NCBI GenBank assembly: GCA_030704615.1
Contig: CM060731.1
Location: 92,380,001-92,444,000, forward strand
Length of the DNA stretch: 64,000 nt
DNA from: Takakia lepidozioides
Taxonomy: Eukaryota > Plantae > Bryophyta
Direction: 5' to 3'
This document shows positions 10,568-24,609 of the stretch, piece after piece. The position numbers and the translations under genes were made by a program. The notes below the pieces were generated by a model. The model was not told the DNA's origin. It did no database searches and saw nothing but the letters and a program-made list of their open reading frames with translations. Positions within the stretch are counted from its first letter, which is position 1. Each line of letters opens with the position of its first letter.

Positions 10568-13500
10568 ATGAGTGATGAAAGAGAAGCTAGACGACAGAGA
10601 TATTCAGCAAAAAGAGAAAGCTATCTGAAAGCTAATTATCCATATCTTTGGGAGAGAGGAATAGACATAGGGGAATCATCTGGACCTCTCACACCATTAA
10701 GATCAAAGAGTGCATCACCTATACCGGAAGAACTAGAGTTGGATGCCACTCCTTCTTTCTTTGCAAGAAAGATTAAGGGAATTGGTACAGGAAGAAGATC
10801 AATCACGAGGTGAAAGATCTGAGGTACATCCTTGGATAAAAGACTTGACAGAAATCTTTGATAAGAGTTGGCATGGAACACCAAAAGCAGGAACTCCAGT
10901 TTCTGAAGCAGAAGTGAAGAAGGAGAAGAGGATGTGGCAGAGCCAACGGAGAGTTCAGACTCTCCAACACCATTACAGTTGAGTTACATGAGTGAAGAAG
11001 AAACCCAAGGGCAGAACTTGGAGGATGAAAACAGAGAGAAGAAATTGGAAGAGGAAGAATATGAAGAAGTAGACCCAACAGCTGAGGTTGAGACTACAAC
11101 CAGGACATCCCAACCCGTTGGACCTGGATCAAGTGGAGCACTTGGATCACAGGCCAACGAAGGTGTCGGCTCAGGGGGATCAGGCGGGCTGCCTGGATCT
11201 GGCTCTGGGGGGACAGGGAGTGTGGGAAGTAGTGCAACTGAAGCTGGGAATACTGTGAATATCGTGGGGCCAGAAGCAGGGAGTGCTCAAGGGCCACCAC
11301 TTGGTGGAAGATCCACCACAAAAACAACAGGTCCAGAAGGACCAGCACCAGCAAGGGTGCCAGCACCTGTCAGTGGGCAGAAGGTAGGGCCACAGATGGC
11401 GTTACAACCAACACGGGCAAAACCACCCTTTCCAAATATTCAGGAAAAGGGGATCCCGATGTACACATTAGCCAATTTGAGCACATGTGTATAGTGAACA
11501 ATGAGAATGGCGATGATGCCAAGATGAGACTGTTTCCTTGTTCACTTATCAAGAAAGCAAGTGAATGGTATGCAAGATTCCCTGATAATCATTTCCTAAC
11601 CTGGAATGGCTTGAATACAGCATTTCGAAATAGGTTCAGGACAAGTAAAACTGAGGATGAAGTGTATGGAAGTTTACAAAAGCAGAAGAAGCATGAAACT
11701 GTTGAAGAGTATATGGAGAAGATGGAATTGATGATGAAAAAGCTGGCTGCAGTACCAGCCCGGTTTACAGAAGACTTGGTTTGTGAGTGGACTAAGACCA
11801 GAGTTGCAAAGAAAGTGGATATGTTACCCCATAATACAGTGGAGGAGGCATTTGAAACTGCGAACAGAATTGAGCAATTGGGAATGCTCAGGAGAGAGAA
11901 AAAGGAGATGAGGACTCTGAGGATGAGTCAGATGAAGAAGAAGAGCAAGAACTAAAAAGGAAGAGTAAGAGAAAGGAGAAGTTGAAGAGGGATAACTATG
12001 AAAAAATTGGAAGAAATCTTGAAGAAGTATGCCACAGAGGCTGCAACACATTGGAGGAAGGGTGTATGGTGTGCAAAGTGCCAGAATGAAGGCCATACCA
12101 CACAGAATGCCACATGAAGGAGAAACACTGTACTATCTGTAAAATGGATAACCATTCTACTGAGAATTGTTACTACAACAGAAGGACAGCTGCAAGAGAA
12201 CCTAGGCAAGTAGGGTGCATCAGGTGCAGCCCCAGCCAAGAAGAAACAATGATCAGGACCACTATGGTAGGTCTGGTGGTTATAACAATGGCATGGAAGG
12301 GAGAGGTAATTCAAGAGGGAAATTACCAAGGAAATTCCAGAGGCAACTATCAGGGTAATCCAAGGGGGAATTACCAGCCCGGGGGAATCAGGATTATAGA
12401 AATAATCCAAGAACAGACCAAGGGCGAGGACCCAAGCCAGCATTCTGGATAAGACACCAGAATGAGATGAGAGCTCCTGTGAATGAGGGCCCAGTGGTGG
12501 CAGCTCACATGGTTAGGCCATGTGTTGTACCAGAAGTAAGTACAATGATAGTAACAAGAAGTAAAGCCAAACTAATACCTCCAGTAGAAGAGGAAGAAGA
12601 TGAAATGAAGTGGCAATGATATGCCTGAAGATGAAGAGACTTGGAAAGATGAGAAGGAACTGCACAAGGAAGTGGCAGATACTATAAGGGAAATGCAGAG
12701 TATGATTTCTGTGGCAGATTCCTCTGATTCGGATGGAGAAAAAGAGGGAGGAGAAAGGAAAAAAAGAAGATGCAGACATGCAAAGTAATGAAGAGACTTT
12801 GGCTGAAGTAATATGTCAGACCAAAGCAGAAATTACCATTGGACAGCTAGCTGTGGCACCTTATTGTAGGCACAGGCTGTATCAAGCAATCAATCGAATT
12901 GCCCAGAGACAGGAAACACAGACCTGAACAGCAAGGTGACCAGTTATAATGTGAAGCCGGAAGGGCGAACAGTCATGGACTTTGATGATTCTATGCCAGT
13001 AATCCAATTGAGAATTGGAAGCACAGAACTAACTGATGTACTGATAGATGGTGGTTCTGGAGTAAATATCATGACAGACCAATTAAGGAAGAAGCTTGGT
13101 CTAAGTAACATGAAACCAGCCCCATTTACAGTAACAATGGCAGATCAAAGAAGTGTACAGCCATTGGGATTAATAAGAGGAGTTAAGATACAGATACAGA
13201 AAATGATCTTTATGATCACAGTAAACTGTTAAAATGGATGAAGTCATGGAGGCTTACTCCTTATTATTGGGACGTCCGTGGCTGAAACAGGCAGGGTATT
13301 CCATGACTGGAATTCTCAGTTACTAACCGTGCATAATGGGATACACGAGATACAAATTACCACAAAGAAATCTAGTAGATTACCTGCTACAAGAAGACCT
13401 CGAGGAGTCAGAGAGTATGACTGGAAAGGAGGACTGGATGAGGAGCAGGAAGCTACCCTATTTGCTGCACACCCAGAGTGGGAGCAGGTTGCAGAGATGC

Positions 13501-16500
13501 GGCTGGAAAGCCTAAGTTGTTTGAGAGGTATCTGCTGTGGTGTAGTGACAGCAACACCAACTGAAGAGGAAACCAGCATTTACCCATCACATTTCTATGA
13601 AGAAAGAGAAGGAGAAATAGAAATCCTAGAAGAACCAGCCACTGTGAGCTTACAGGATGAAGTGGTGACTGGTTGGACAATCACAGCTGATGAGCAGGTG
13701 AGAGAAGTAAATGTGGGAACTAAAGAGGAACCGAGGATGGTGAAAGTAGGAGCTGATTTGGAGCCGGAATTCTTCGAAGAAGCTAAAAGCTTGTTCATCA
13801 AATACAGAGATGTATTTGCTTGGAGCTATGAGGATCTAAAAGGGATACCACCTGAAGTCTGTCAGCATAAGATTGAACTGGAACCAGGGTCAGTACCAAT
13901 CAAGCAGGCGAGGTATAGAATGAATCCCAACTACGCACAGAAGGTTGGAGAAGAGATAAAGAAGTTGGCTGAGGCTAAGTTTATATACCCAATAGAGTAT
14001 ACAACTTGGTTGTCACCCATTGTTATAGTTCCCAAGAAGAATGGCAAACTAAGAGTATGTGTGAACTATAAGAAGCTGAATGCTTGTACGAAGAAAGATC
14101 CTTTCCCTTTGCCATTCACAGAAGCAGTATTAGACACTGTGGCAGGCCATGAGATGTACTCATTCATGGATGGCTTCAGTGGTTATAATCAAGTGCAAGT
14201 GGCAGAAGAAGACCAAGGGAAAACAGCTTTCATCACAGACTGGGGGGCTTATGCATACAAAGTCATGCCCTTTGGACTTTGTAATGCACCAGCGACCTTT
14301 CAGAGAGTGATAAGTGAATCTTTTCATGAGTATCTGGATGATTTCATGCAGGTTTCTTGGATGATTTCAGTGTGTACAGCTCTAAGATGAGCACTTGCAT
14401 AAATTGGAGTTATGTTTGGCCAGATGCAGGATGAGAGGTCTGGGCCTGAATCCAGAGAAGTGTACTTTTCTGTGTGAACTCAGGGGTGCTTCTGGGACAC
14501 ATTGTGTGTAAGAAGGGACTCCTTGTGGATCCCAGAAAGACAGAGTCCATTAAAGCCTCTCCACCACCAGTGAATGTTAAAAGTCTACGAGATTCCTTGG
14601 GCAAACCAGTTATTACAGAAGATTTGTCAAAAGGTATGCACAAATAGCAGCACCATTGAGCAAACTCTGAAGAAAGATGCAGTGTTTGCCTGGACAGCTG
14701 AATGTCAACAGGCATTTGAGGAACTTACACTGTCAGTAACAACTACACCTGTGCTGATTAACCCTCACTGGCATGTAGTATTCATGTTCACTGCGATGCA
14801 TCAGGAGAAGCGTTGGGAGCGGTGTTAGCCCAGAATGTTACAGGGAATATAGATTCACCTGTGTACTATGCTAGCCGGTTGATGAACAGTGCTGAGAGGA
14901 AACTATAGCACAACGGAAAGAGAAGCATTGGCAATGATCTATGCAGTGAAGAAATTCAGGCATTACCTGTTGGGCAAGAAGTTTATGTTCTATGTGGATC
15001 ACCAGGCTCTGATATACCTGGTAAACAAACCTTGATAAGCGGAAGAATAGCAAGATGGTTGATAATCTTGCACGAGTTTGAGTTCGAGGTTGTTTACAAG
15101 CCTGGGAGTTTGCATCTTGTGGCGGATCATTTGTCACGACAACAGGGAACCAGCCACAGGAATAGATGATCAATTACCAGATGCGAGTCTATTTGCAGTG
15201 GAGGTGCAGGAAGTGCAGATGACTGGTTAGATTGGCAGTGGCCAATCAGATACTACCTTGCTCATGGTCAGTGCCCACCTAGTTATGGTAAGGAGCAGAG
15301 GAAGAGAATCGCTATCAAAGCTTTACCTTATACTATGGTAGGAAGCAGAATGTATAAGTTAGGACCTGATGGAGTACTAAAACGATGCTTGTACCACCAT
15401 GAAGTAAATAAAGTTTTGGCGGAAGTTCATAAAGGAGTGGCTGGAGGTCATTTTGGAGAAGAGACTACCAGTAGAAAGATACTACTCGCAGGATACTGGT
15501 GGCCTACTTTGTTCAAAGATGTACACGAGTATTGTCAGAAGTGTGATGAATGTCAGAGGCTAGGACCTTTGCAGAGATCTGGAAGGATGGCCTTGCATCC
15601 TACAATGCCTACGGAACCATTTCAGAAATGGGGACTAGACTTTGTTGGACCAATTAACCCACCATCCAAGAATACACGAAACAGGTACATAATTACAGCC
15701 ACTGATTATACTACAAAGTGGGTGGAAGCTAAAGCTTTGAGGGACAACACAGCCAAGTCCACAGCAAGGTTCCTGTACGAGAACATACTTACACGATTTG
15801 GCTGTCCCTTAGAATTTATCAGTGATCAAGGAAGTCACTTCATGAATGAGACCATTGAGTTGTTGACTAAAGAGTTTATGATTGTGCATAGAAAGAGTAC
15901 AACATATTACCCACAGGGTAATGGGCAGGCAGAGGCTACCAACAAAATACTATGTACTATCTTGGCTAAGATAGTCAATGCAAACAGAACGGATTGGGAT
16001 ACAAAGCTGCTGACAGCTTTGTGGTCATACAGGACTTCATATAAAGTCACCACTAAGTATACACCATTCCAATTAGTTTATGGTATGGAAGCCTTACTTC
16101 CAGTGGAATTCCTGTTACCTACCATGAGAACGGAGTGGGGAAAAAGAATGGAATTGCAAGACTCCATCAAGGTCAGGAAACATGAATTATACCATGTGGA
16201 AGAAGTACGTGCTGATGCAGCTGATAATATGACCAGAATTCAGATGAAGCGAAAGGAACAGTTTGATGAAGGCAAGTTAAAGACTTTTAAGACGGGGGAT
16301 TTGGTTCTATGGTTGCAGAAGAAAGGAAAGATTCAAGCTTCTAAGCTTAAATCACCATGGAAAGGACCTTATGTCATACAAAAGATGTATGATAACAACA
16401 CCGCCATGTTACAAACCATTAACAAAGAAATGCTGGGAAGAGTCAATGCAAATAAGTTGAAGGGTACAGTGGTATCCATGACAAACCCTTGCAGCATGAT

Positions 16501-16588
16501 TTGCATGTTGAACCGCAAGAGCAGTCACGGGCTGCACCAGTGTTACGAACGGAGTATGGAACACTTGTCGCTAGGCCAGCATATATGA
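10568..16588 (+). pseudogene. gag-pol of copy B with many small indels
   Basis: Gag (LFPCSLIKKASEWY; two CCHC knuckles near 12070-12175), protease 12936-13232, RT 13278-14700, RNase H, integrase 15335-16588 with KGPY motif. Confidence 0.95.
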
Positions 16589-17284
16589 CCAGGGTGGGCA
16601 AAACAAACGTGACCTATCACAGCCCATACAGCCTATCACAGCACCGCACAGCCTATCACAGCCCATCACGACACAGCCTATCACAGCCCAGCAGGCGCAA
16701 CACAGCCTATCACAACCTACCACAGCGTGTCACAGCCTATCACAGCTTACCACAGTGCATCACAGCCTATCACAGCGTAACACAGTATGACACAGCCTGT
16801 CACAGCTCAACACAGCCTACTAAAGTTACACGATCCATAGAATCAGTGACAAGTGGACACATAATAACTTCAGGAAAATGGCTGACGGAAGAGGAAACGG
16901 AAAATTACTTTAAAAATAGACACGTGGAGGTCAGGGGGCGCGACACACAGCCGAGAAGGAAGTGCAAGGAACAGGTGTCAAAAAGAAAGAGGACAAGAAC
17001 GGCCGTCAAAAGGGATGAAAGGCGCCATTAATGAGTACGGAAAAAGGGAAACGGAACGAACGGCAAGTACAGAAAAGCGAATTCTTGTCACATGTGTGAT
17101 CCTAGTGGACTATCCAACAGGGAAAGTCCACTAAAGAAGATAAAATCTAAAATCCAGTCACAGCGGATACAGCCAATAGAAAAAAAACCAGAAAAATGGA
17201 GGGAAATTGAGCGCAAGAGGCGGCGTCGTTCTGAGTAAACGGGCGTCTCGACAGGACAGACCATCAATGCTATACTTGGAAACT

Positions 17285-18695
17285 ATGGAGGAACTAACAG
17301 ACTATACGCTCGCAATATTACTTACGCAGTGGCATAGACACGAAAGGACAGAGCGGAGCTTTTCTCTTGAGCGATGCTTGCAAGCCCCGCAGGCTTACAA
17401 GAAATTACCCATAGCTTTTGCGGCAACCATACGTTTATGCTTTGTGCACTACAGGCATTCCTGCAGTTGTTACAGCCAAAACAGTTCTGTGAGTCTAAAA
17501 TGAAGAGAGTGAGAGGAATGGAGGAAATCAGGGTGAAGAGCACCACAATTCTGCAGAAACAAACGATTGCTACCCCACAGGCGATACAGATACTGGAGGA
17601 GCTGAGATTGCAAGGATTGCAAAGCCTAGATTGGACACTACACCATAGACAGTACATGTTACAATTTTTGCAGAACTTTGAGCCAAGGACAGGAACAACA
17701 ACGGTGAAGGAGTTGAGTTGAATTAATGATTACTCCCCTATACCTCCAGCAATTGTTTCGATTGCCAGCAGGTCAGGTGCATGTGGAGAACACAGGGCAA
17801 GACTGCAAATAGGGGACTTATCCAAGAAGGGAGTTTCTTTAAAACTCAGGGTTATGCTTGTACCAAGGCTGTGTACCCAGGGTTAAAAGAGGTAGGCCAG
17901 GTATTGAACGTTCTGATTGCCATGAAACAGAACCAACAGTATTTGAGCAGATCCTTCACGGAGGAAATACTCAAAGGCCTGAAGGGACAAGAGGTACAAT
18001 GGGCGGACATAATGTACAACGCACTGGTAGAGGAGATGAAAAGATTACAAGGTACTACCGCAAAGTCTCCTATCATAGTGTCTGGCCCAATCATTGCTCA
18101 AATAATCCTTGATTCTGGCATACTTAATGCACAAGAAAGGAAGGAAATGGGAGTGTTTGAGCCAGAAACAACTGCAATGGAAGAGCAAGGCTCTTCACAC
18201 AGTGAGGGTGGACTAGCGGCAACCCGAGACTAAGAGGCAGAGACGGGGAAAGACTGTAGTGGCGGATCCACTGGCTTCACGGATTCCGCATGATAATGTT
18301 TCCCAAGCTCATGGCCAGGAAGGGGCACAGCAGCACAGAGAATGCTATTACTGGAAGCAGGACCTTCAGAGAGGAGGTTACTTCTGTATCACAACCACCA
18401 GCCACTGATCGACTTGTCACAAGGTCACAAGTTATCCATGCAGCTCAACCAGAAATAATTGATTTGGAAAAAGAAGGGTTAGATATTCCAACTACAGAAC
18501 AGATAGTGGCAGAAATGGAGAAGGGGACCTTCTCTATGAATATTCTGGTCTGGTCAAGGAGACAGAATCCCAGAGGTGCAACAGTTGCCCAAGGGAAATC
18601 CTGAGGTGCATATAATACACACACCTGTGTCGAGGTACCACAGGCGGAAGGTCATGACACTGTAGCACCGGTGATAGATGAGGTAGTTCAGGAAG
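17285..18695 (+). pseudogene. 3' accessory ORF(s) of copy B
   Basis: MEELTDYTLA..., LQFLQNF, WADIMYNALVEEM, GPIIAQII; resembles plant retrotransposon accessory proteins; mirrored in copy C. Confidence 0.7.
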
Positions 18696-19493
18696 GCTGA
18701 AGATGATCATCGCCTTCCGACCTACGACCAACGGCCAAACGGAAAGAGTGAATTCCGTATGAAACAGATCTTGCGGAATTACGTGCGGCAGACCAAACAG
18801 ACTGGGTGGAACACTTAGACGCGCAGAGTTCTGTTATAATAACACAAAACACTCCGCAATGGGAGTTTCCCCTTTCGTATTGGTCTATGGAAAAGCACCT
18901 CTGGTGCCGACAAGTTGGGCCGCCTAGGACGTTGAGGAACTGGCAGTAGTGGCGGTACTGGAAACGCGAGCGTTTATTGAAGCTCGCAAAGTACAACATT
19001 GCCAAAGCTAGGAAACGGTATGAAAGCAGGCGAAGGAAGCGGAGGGAATTCAGTTTGAGGCAGGCATGGAGGTCTGGTTGAACATCAAGAATTTCCGACT
19101 ACCTCCGGAAGTGAGTCCAAGTTTGTACCTTCGTATGCGGGACCCTTTCGCATCCGAAGGTTATGAATGAGGATATAATTGGAGCTGCCGGCAAACAGCA
19201 AGGTGCATCTAGTATTCCACGTTCCCTTTGAAGCATTACTTCAAAGATGAAGCGCGTCCGAATCGGCCATCAAGTGTGCGTCCGCCACCTGTGCTGTTGG
19301 ATCATAAAAATGAACCGAGTACGAGGTGAGGAAGGTACTTAAGTCGAGGAGGTTCAAGACGAGAAACGGAGTATCTCGTCAAATGGAAGGGCGATCATCA
19401 TGTGGAGGCATCTGGGTGCGTGCCTCAGAATGGAAACGCATCCGAGAGGGGGTTGCAGTTTTCGAAGGAACCTCAAAGCGGAAGAAGCGTTGA
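18696..19493 (+). pseudogene. Chromovirus (Ty3/Gypsy) integrase C-terminus with chromodomain
   Basis: Frameshifted NGQTERVN, YAGPF, VHLVFHV and EYEVRKVLKSR...YLVKWKG motifs; unrelated to the copy A-C integrase. Confidence 0.85.
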
Positions 19494-19509
19494 TGGGGAC
19501 ATCAAACTT

Positions 19510-19528
19510 GGGAGCGGGGGGGAGGAAA
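19510..19528 (+). promoter_or_regulatory. Polypurine tract of the chromovirus fragment
   Basis: G/A-rich tract (GGGAGC, G-run, AGGAAA) just after the chromodomain stop, followed by TG. Confidence 0.75.
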
Positions 19529-20954
19529 TGCTGCTTAGCCTGGCTTAGCTAGCTTAGGAATCCGATTGCAAAAAATTGTATTGTACAAAAATTTGTTATA
19601 AAAGGAAATGGGTTCCAAAGGTTGTGCGTCCTATTTTGTTTGGAATGGGATGCATGGTTGTGGTGGCTAGTGTGTAGAATGCATGCTAGCTTACAAAAGT
19701 GGGAGAGGTAAATTGGGTTAATCGTGTGTTTGGGCAGTGCCGAAATCGGTGACTCCCATCCAACGGGGCAATGAAAACTTGCGCCTTCTTTAGGAGTTCA
19801 CGTGCTAGTGCGCACTGGCGGTGCGCATACTAGAACTGCGCTAGAGGGGGTTGGCTTTGTAGTGCGGGCTAATGCGGAAGCTAAGTGCTTCCCCGTTCAC
19901 GTACCATAATCGTGTAGCCTCGGACGAAGTCGTAGTGCGGCTTCGGCGTGTTCCCGTACCTGGCCAGCATTCAAGGCGGACCCTATTGTAGTATTGGGGC
20001 GCGCGGTTGGTTCAAGGTTATCTTCCTAGACCAGAGGTTCGAGGTGGAACCCTTGCTCAGGTGGTCCAAAGCGGCATCATGAGCTGGTCGCCAGCAATGT
20101 TGTTGCGTTAAGGCGATTCGATCCTAGGGAGGATCGTTCCTTGGCCTTGAAGTAGGCCAAGAAGAGTGCACTGGGAGGAGCTTGAGAGGCTCCACCTTGG
20201 CCGGGACTTGGAGGAAGTCGGCCGAACTAGCTAGTGGAGAGTAGAGTCAAGTGTGGGGTTTGGTTCTTGCCATGGGACGCCATGGTACGGAAACAAAACT
20301 CCTTGACGTGGACGCCACAACTTGGATGTTCGTTTCCACAAATGATAACCGATGAGGACATCGACTCCTGTTGGTAGGGGTGTGTTGCGGCCCTTTGCCT
20401 TGAGGGCAGGGGGTCGGGACACAAAGGGGCTGCCCCTGTGGTGGGGCAGTGGCAGCGATAGGTAGGGGGGCTGAAGCCCTTGAGTGCCAAGGCACTGAAA
20501 GAGGTAGAGGCGCTCACTAGGTGGAGCCCCGCACACCGGGTTGCGGTGGGGGTGGCTCCACAAGGTGGTGGTAGCTTAGTGGACTTAGTGGGGGTGGCAT
20601 AGGGACTCACCTGGGGGCGGAGACCTCGTGGTGGGAGTTGTGGGGACTCATCACGGTCCATAGGGGCCGAGGTGGGTGGGCCAAGACTCACTGCGACTCA
20701 TCACCGGGAGTCGAGGGTGTTCGTGGTGGTTTGCCATAAATTGGCATGGTTGTTTGTGAAACCCCCGTAGACAGCTATAAAAGTATATATAAGGAGTAGT
20801 AACCCCGAAAACGGTGCAAGCCCGTTGGTGACCAAAACTAGTGAGTAGCGAGCGAGCCGGATAGCGACCAAAGAGTGGGGAGCGGTTCCGGACTGCCAAC
20901 TACCAAAGGGAATTCCGCTGGTTCGAAATCGTTGGAGGGTTCTTTGGGAGATCA
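19529..20954 (+). repeat. Probable 3' LTR of the chromovirus fragment
   Basis: Starts with TG after the PPT, TATATATAAG at about 20783, and CA at 20953-20954 abutting copy C sequence; no second copy to confirm the right end. Confidence 0.55.
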
Positions 20955-23920
20955 AAGGGGGGACATGGTACCTGACTCGTGCCAGTACTGTTGCAAGTGA
21001 TGATCCTCAATTGGTCGATTGTTCGGAAGAACTTTAGTCCTAGTTGCCACTGGCAGCCAAATGCGCATGATTTGGTAGTAATGTGCGAATGACTGCGGAG
21101 GACTAAATTCTTTCCAAGCCAAATCCAACATGATGGGAATTTGGTTGAAGGGCATAATCATAGCCCTACTGTACTCCCTTGCAGCTGGAGTTTTTAGGTG
21201 GGTTAAAAGCAGCATTGCCCCATACCTCAGGCTGTGGTGGCTGTGGTGTGGTTTAGTAACAACAGGTTCAGCTACTGGTACAGTGACTGGTTGTGGTGTT
21301 GGTGGTACTGGCTCTTGTATCATTGGCATTTCCTGCACCTCCTGTGAAGACTGAAAAGCCAAAGTTCTGGCTTGTAAATAAGAAGCCATTAGCTGTTCCT
21401 GAGGGATATAGACTCTTTGTCGATGTTTGAAGTGAGGTCCTCCACTTGAGTCTGCAGTCCGTCTACATCCTCCTGTAACTCTGCTATCCTACTATAGACA
21501 TTGTCTATAGTAGTTGTGGCAATGTTCTGCACTTGCAGTCTGAGCTCATTCATCTCGCTTTGGGTGAGCTTTCGTGGTGCTTTGCCCTCCACTGGCCCTT
21601 GTGCTAACCAGACCTGCATAAGGCTGTTATCCACCAAGTTGCTTGTGGTTCCCTGAGAGTGTGCTCCTCTCTTAGTTTGTACACTTCTAACTGCTGTTGT
21701 AAAGCCTCCATGCGCTTCGCATGAGGTTCAACCAAATTCGCATAGGCAGCAAGTAGATTATTAGCTTCCTTCCAAGCCTTGTTAGTGACCGTGATTTCAT
21801 TTCTATTGGCCATGAGCGTTTGTTGCAACTCCACGATGTGCTTCTCTGATCAGCTTCAACCTGCCTGTATTGCTTGAAAGTATCCTCATTGCGACAGATT
21901 GTATTCTTCATATCGACAATGAGTTTCATTTGCTCAACATTCTCTTCTTCTGCCTTCGTACATTTTTCCGCTTGACTGTTTATTTCTTTTGTAGATTGGT
22001 CAAGCATAGTTGTGAATGTAGCACATTGTATGGCCATCCTGTCATGCACTGTCTGCAACTCCGTATGTAGTGCATTCACTTCTTGCAACTTGCTTTCATG
22101 CTGCACCTGCATTTGGTATAGCTGTTGCTTATGTGCTTCGTGCAACTGGTCTTGCGCGAGGCCTGCCTCAATCAATTGTTCCTTGGCCAATTGCAAAGCC
22201 GCTTCTGTATTTCCAAGTCCTGCTGCATTTTGAGAGTGACCTCTTCATCGACCTTGTTTGCACACTCAGTGGCTAGTCGAGCCTCAAACTCCTTCCTGAG
22301 TTCTTCTCAAGGCTGTCAATTGGGTAGTTGGAACATGGGATTTGACATAAGTCCCCAACAAATTAAGTGTCCTGCCTATGGAACTCATCAGCATTGCCTG
22401 TTGAGGGTCATCATGGTGAGGTTGCTGCTGTTCCTCCTGATCCTCAACAGTGTGATGTCTCACGAACCACTCAGGCCATTGTCCCACCGGATTTTCTTCC
22501 TGAACCACTTCATCTATCACCGGTGCTACAGTGTCATGACCTTCTGCCTGTGGTACCTCCGACACAGGTGTGTGTATTATATGCACCTCAGGATTTCCCT
22601 TGGGCAACTGTTGCACCTCTGGAATCTCTGTCTCCTTGACCAGACCAGAATATTCATAGAGAAGGTCCCCCTTCTCAATTTCTGCCACTATCTGTTCTGT
22701 AGTTGGAATATCTAACCCTTCTTTTTCCAAATCAATTATTTCTGGTTGAGCTGCATGGACAACTTGTAACCTTGTGACAAGCCGATCAGCTGGCTGTGAT
22801 GGTTGTGATACTGAAGTAACTTCCTCTTCCCTCTCTGAAGGTCCTGCTTCCAGTAATAGCAGTTCTCTGTGCTGCTGTGCCCCTTCCTGCACATGAGCTT
22901 GGGAAACATTATCATGCGGAATCCGTGAAGCCAGTGGATCCGCCACTACAGTCTTTCCCCGTCTCTGCCTCTTAGTCTCGGGTTGCCCTGCTAGTCCACC
23001 CTCACTGTGTGAAGAGCCTTGCTCTTCCATTGCAGTGGTTTCTGGCTCAAACACTCCCATCTCCTTTCTTTTCTTGCGCATCAAGTATGCCAGAATCAAG
23101 AATTATTTGAGCAATGATTGGGCCAGACACTATGATAGGAGACTTTGCGGTAGTACCTTGTAATCTTTTCATCTCCTCTACCAGTGCGTTGTACATTATG
23201 TCCGCCCATTCTACCTCTTGTCCTTTCAGGGCTTTGAGTATTTCCTCCGTGAAGGATCTGCTCAAATACTGTTGGTTCTGTTTCATGGCAATCAGAACGT
23301 TCAATACCTGGCCTACCTCCTTTAGCCCTGGGTACACGGCCTTGGTACAAGCATAACCCTGAGTTTTAAAGAAACTCCCTTCTTGGAATAAGTCCCTATT
23401 TGCAGTCTTGCCCTGTGCTCCTCCACATGCACCTGACCTGCTGGCAATCGAAACAATTGCTGGAGGTATAGGGGAGTAATTACTAATTCAACTCCCTTCA
23501 CCGTTGTTGTTCCTGTCCTTGGCTCAAAGTTCTGCAAAAATTGTAACATGTACTGTCTATGGTGTAATGTCCAATCTTGCTTTGCAATCCTTGCAATCTC
23601 AGCTCCTTCAGTATCTGTATCGCCTGTGGGGTAGCAATCGTTTGTTTCTGCAGAATTGTGGTGCTCTTCACCCTGATTTCCTCCATTCCTCTCACTCTCT
23701 TCATTTTAGACTCACAGAAATGTTTTGGCTGTAACAACTGCAGAAATGCCTGTAGTGCACAAAGCATAAACGTATGGTTGCCACAAAAAGCTATGGGTAA
23801 TTTCTTGTAAGCCTGCGGGGCTTGCAAGCATCGCTCAAGAGAAAAGATCCGCTCTGTTCTTTCGTCCCTATGCCACTGCGTAAGTAATATTGCGAGCGTA
23901 TAGTCTGTTAGTTCCTCCAT
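20955..23920 (-). pseudogene. 3' accessory ORF(s) of copy C, including the coiled-coil region
   Basis: Chain of frameshifted ORFs 23498-23920, 23322-23549, 23047-23337, 22284-23099, 21687-22196, 21389-21834 and 20952-21389. Confidence 0.75.
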
Positions 23921-24609
23921 AGTTTCAAGCTATAGCATTGATGGTCTGTCCGTCGAGACGCCCGTTACTCAGAACGACGCCGCCTCTTGCGCTTAATTTC
24001 CCTCCAATTTCTTGATCCTTTCTCTGGCTTTCTATTGGCTGTAACCGCTGTGACTGGATTTTAGATTTCATTTTCTTTAGTGGACTTTCCCTGCTGGATA
24101 GTCCACTAGGATCACACATGTGACAAGAATTTCGCTTTTCTGTACTTGCCGTTTGTTCCGTTCCCTTTTTCCGTATTCATTAATGGGCCGCCTTTCATCC
24201 ATTTTGACGGCCGTTCTTGTCCTCTTTCTTTATGACACCTGTTCTTGCACTTCCTTCTCAGCTGTGTGTCGCGCCCTGACTTCCACGTGTCTATTTTTAA
24301 ACTGGTTTCCGTCTTTTCTTCCGTCAGCCATTTTCCTGAAGTTATTATGCGTCCACCTGTCACTGATTCTATGGATCGTGTAACCTAGTAGGCTGTGTTG
24401 AGCTGTGACAGGCTGTGTCATACTGTGGTACGCTGTGATAGGCTGTGTCACTCGTGATGGGCTGTGATAGCTGTGTCGCCTTAATGGCTGTGATAGGCTG
24501 TGTTTTGCCTTGATGGGCTGTGTAGGCTGTGTCTCGTGATGGGCTGATAGGCTGTGTTTTGTCTTGATGGGCTGTGATAGGCTGTGTCACGTTGTTTTGC
24601 CCGCCCTGG

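Larger units (their letters stand above)
8995..18695 (+). mobile_element. Ty3/Gypsy non-chromovirus element copy B (5' LTR to accessory ORF, 3' end missing)
   Basis: LTR, PBS, extra ORF, gag, PR-RT-RH-INT order, accessory ORF; no chromodomain and no obvious additional RNase H. Confidence 0.95.

Noticed and set aside
20227-20955. Minus-strand ORFs within the chromovirus LTR
   Set aside because: GC-rich LTR sequence gives chance ORFs in several overlapping frames
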